A DNA stretch of 64,000 nucleotides, from NCBI GenBank assembly GCA_963751455.1, contig CAVVUN010000002.1, positions 480,001 to 544,000 of the forward strand. The letters are read 5' to 3'. The notes under the pieces were generated by a model. It saw only the letters and a list, made by a program, of their open reading frames with translations, was not told where the DNA came from and ran no database searches. The position numbers and the translations under genes are program-made. This document shows, one piece after another, positions 63,464 to 64,000 of the stretch (the stretch's first letter is position 1; every line of letters begins with the position of its first letter). Source of the stretch: Nitrospirota bacterium. GTDB taxonomy: Bacteria; Nitrospirota; UBA9217.

Positions 63464-63694
63464 ATGCCGAAAGAAGATGCTATAGAGCTTCGCGGAAAGG
63501 TTCTCGAGGCGCTTCCCAATAACATGTTCAGGGTAGAATTAGAGATGGGCCAAAAGGTTCTGGCATACCTTTCTGGAAAAATGAAAGTGCGCCATGTCAG
63601 GGTCGTTCCCGGCGACACGGTAAAAGTGGAAATGAGTCCGTATGATCTCTCACGCGGAAGGATTACATTCCGTTTGAAAAGTGAAGCGGCGTAA
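63464..63694 (+). CDS. infA: Translation initiation factor IF-1
   Basis: [12 protein letters not shown]...SGKM...[10 protein letters not shown]. Confidence 0.95.
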   Translation: MPKEDAIELRGKVLEALPNNMFRVELEMGQKVLAYLSGKMKVRHVRVVPGDTVKVEMSPYDLSRGRITFRLKSEAA

Positions 63695-63867
63695 CGCGCT
63701 TTTAATCCGGACCGCGCTATTCTGTTCGGCACTGAAAACAGACAACCCCTTTTCCGACCTGAATTTGCAACAAAGGCCACTTACAACTCATATCTTACCT
63801 TCCCTGGATTTTTTATCTCTACAATTCGTTTCATTTAGCGTATAATTCAACTCAAGAAGGACAATTA

Positions 63868-64000
63868 ATGGTTCATGCGGAGCGTAAAAAATTATCGGTC
63901 AGCAGGTCCTTGTTCCTGACGCTGATCCTGGGAGCATTCGCACTCGGAATATTTATCGGAGCAGGTACGATGGGACTGACCCCGTCGCTGCAGGCCGACA
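63868..64000 (+). CDS. Secreted or membrane protein, N-terminus only (truncated by window edge)
   Basis: RBS AAGGA; basic N-region and hydrophobic helix. Confidence 0.55.
   Translation, partial: MVHAERKKLSVSRSLFLTLILGAFALGIFIGAGTMGLTPSLQAD

Noticed and set aside
62641-63780. 379-aa N-terminally extended DUF2064 protein, and extended starts for tig, the MCP, SpoIID and infA
   Set aside because: The extensions overlap infA, tRNA-Leu, the RAYT remnant or neighbouring genes; downstream starts fit family N-termini better.

Overview
This is a chromosomal window from a GC-moderate anaerobe. The gene order and protein styles suggest Nitrospirota or Desulfobacterota (inference). Housekeeping blocks are degP-PIN/TRAM-yebC-ruvCAB-queH, a 7-tRNA cluster, tig-clpP-clpX-engB, argB, hslUV-xerC-topA-smg-dprA, nth and infA. 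Three accessory regions sit between them. (1) 18.9-30.3 kb holds two tandem porin-cytochrome modules, each led by a different ~10-heme lipoprotein cytochrome, and a leftover argB 3' end marks the duplication junction. (2) 44235-47198 is an intact 2964-bp IS1-family element with 8-bp target duplications. Its cargo is a tRNA-like gene with an ACT anticodon, an AGA-rich leader peptide, a GIY-YIG nuclease, a Zn-ribbon protein and several consensus antisense promoters. (3) A c-di-GMP signalling neighbourhood has GGDEF, HD-GYP and REC-PilZ genes plus a 3xMshEN protein fused to an internal signal peptide and a pilin-like domain. Intergenic DNA carries at least three MITE families with readable target-site duplications and many 7-9-nt-repeat palindromes. 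ruvA, ruvB and the REC-PilZ gene each have a single-base insertion, probably sequencing errors. All family assignments come from motif recognition by eye; no searches were run.
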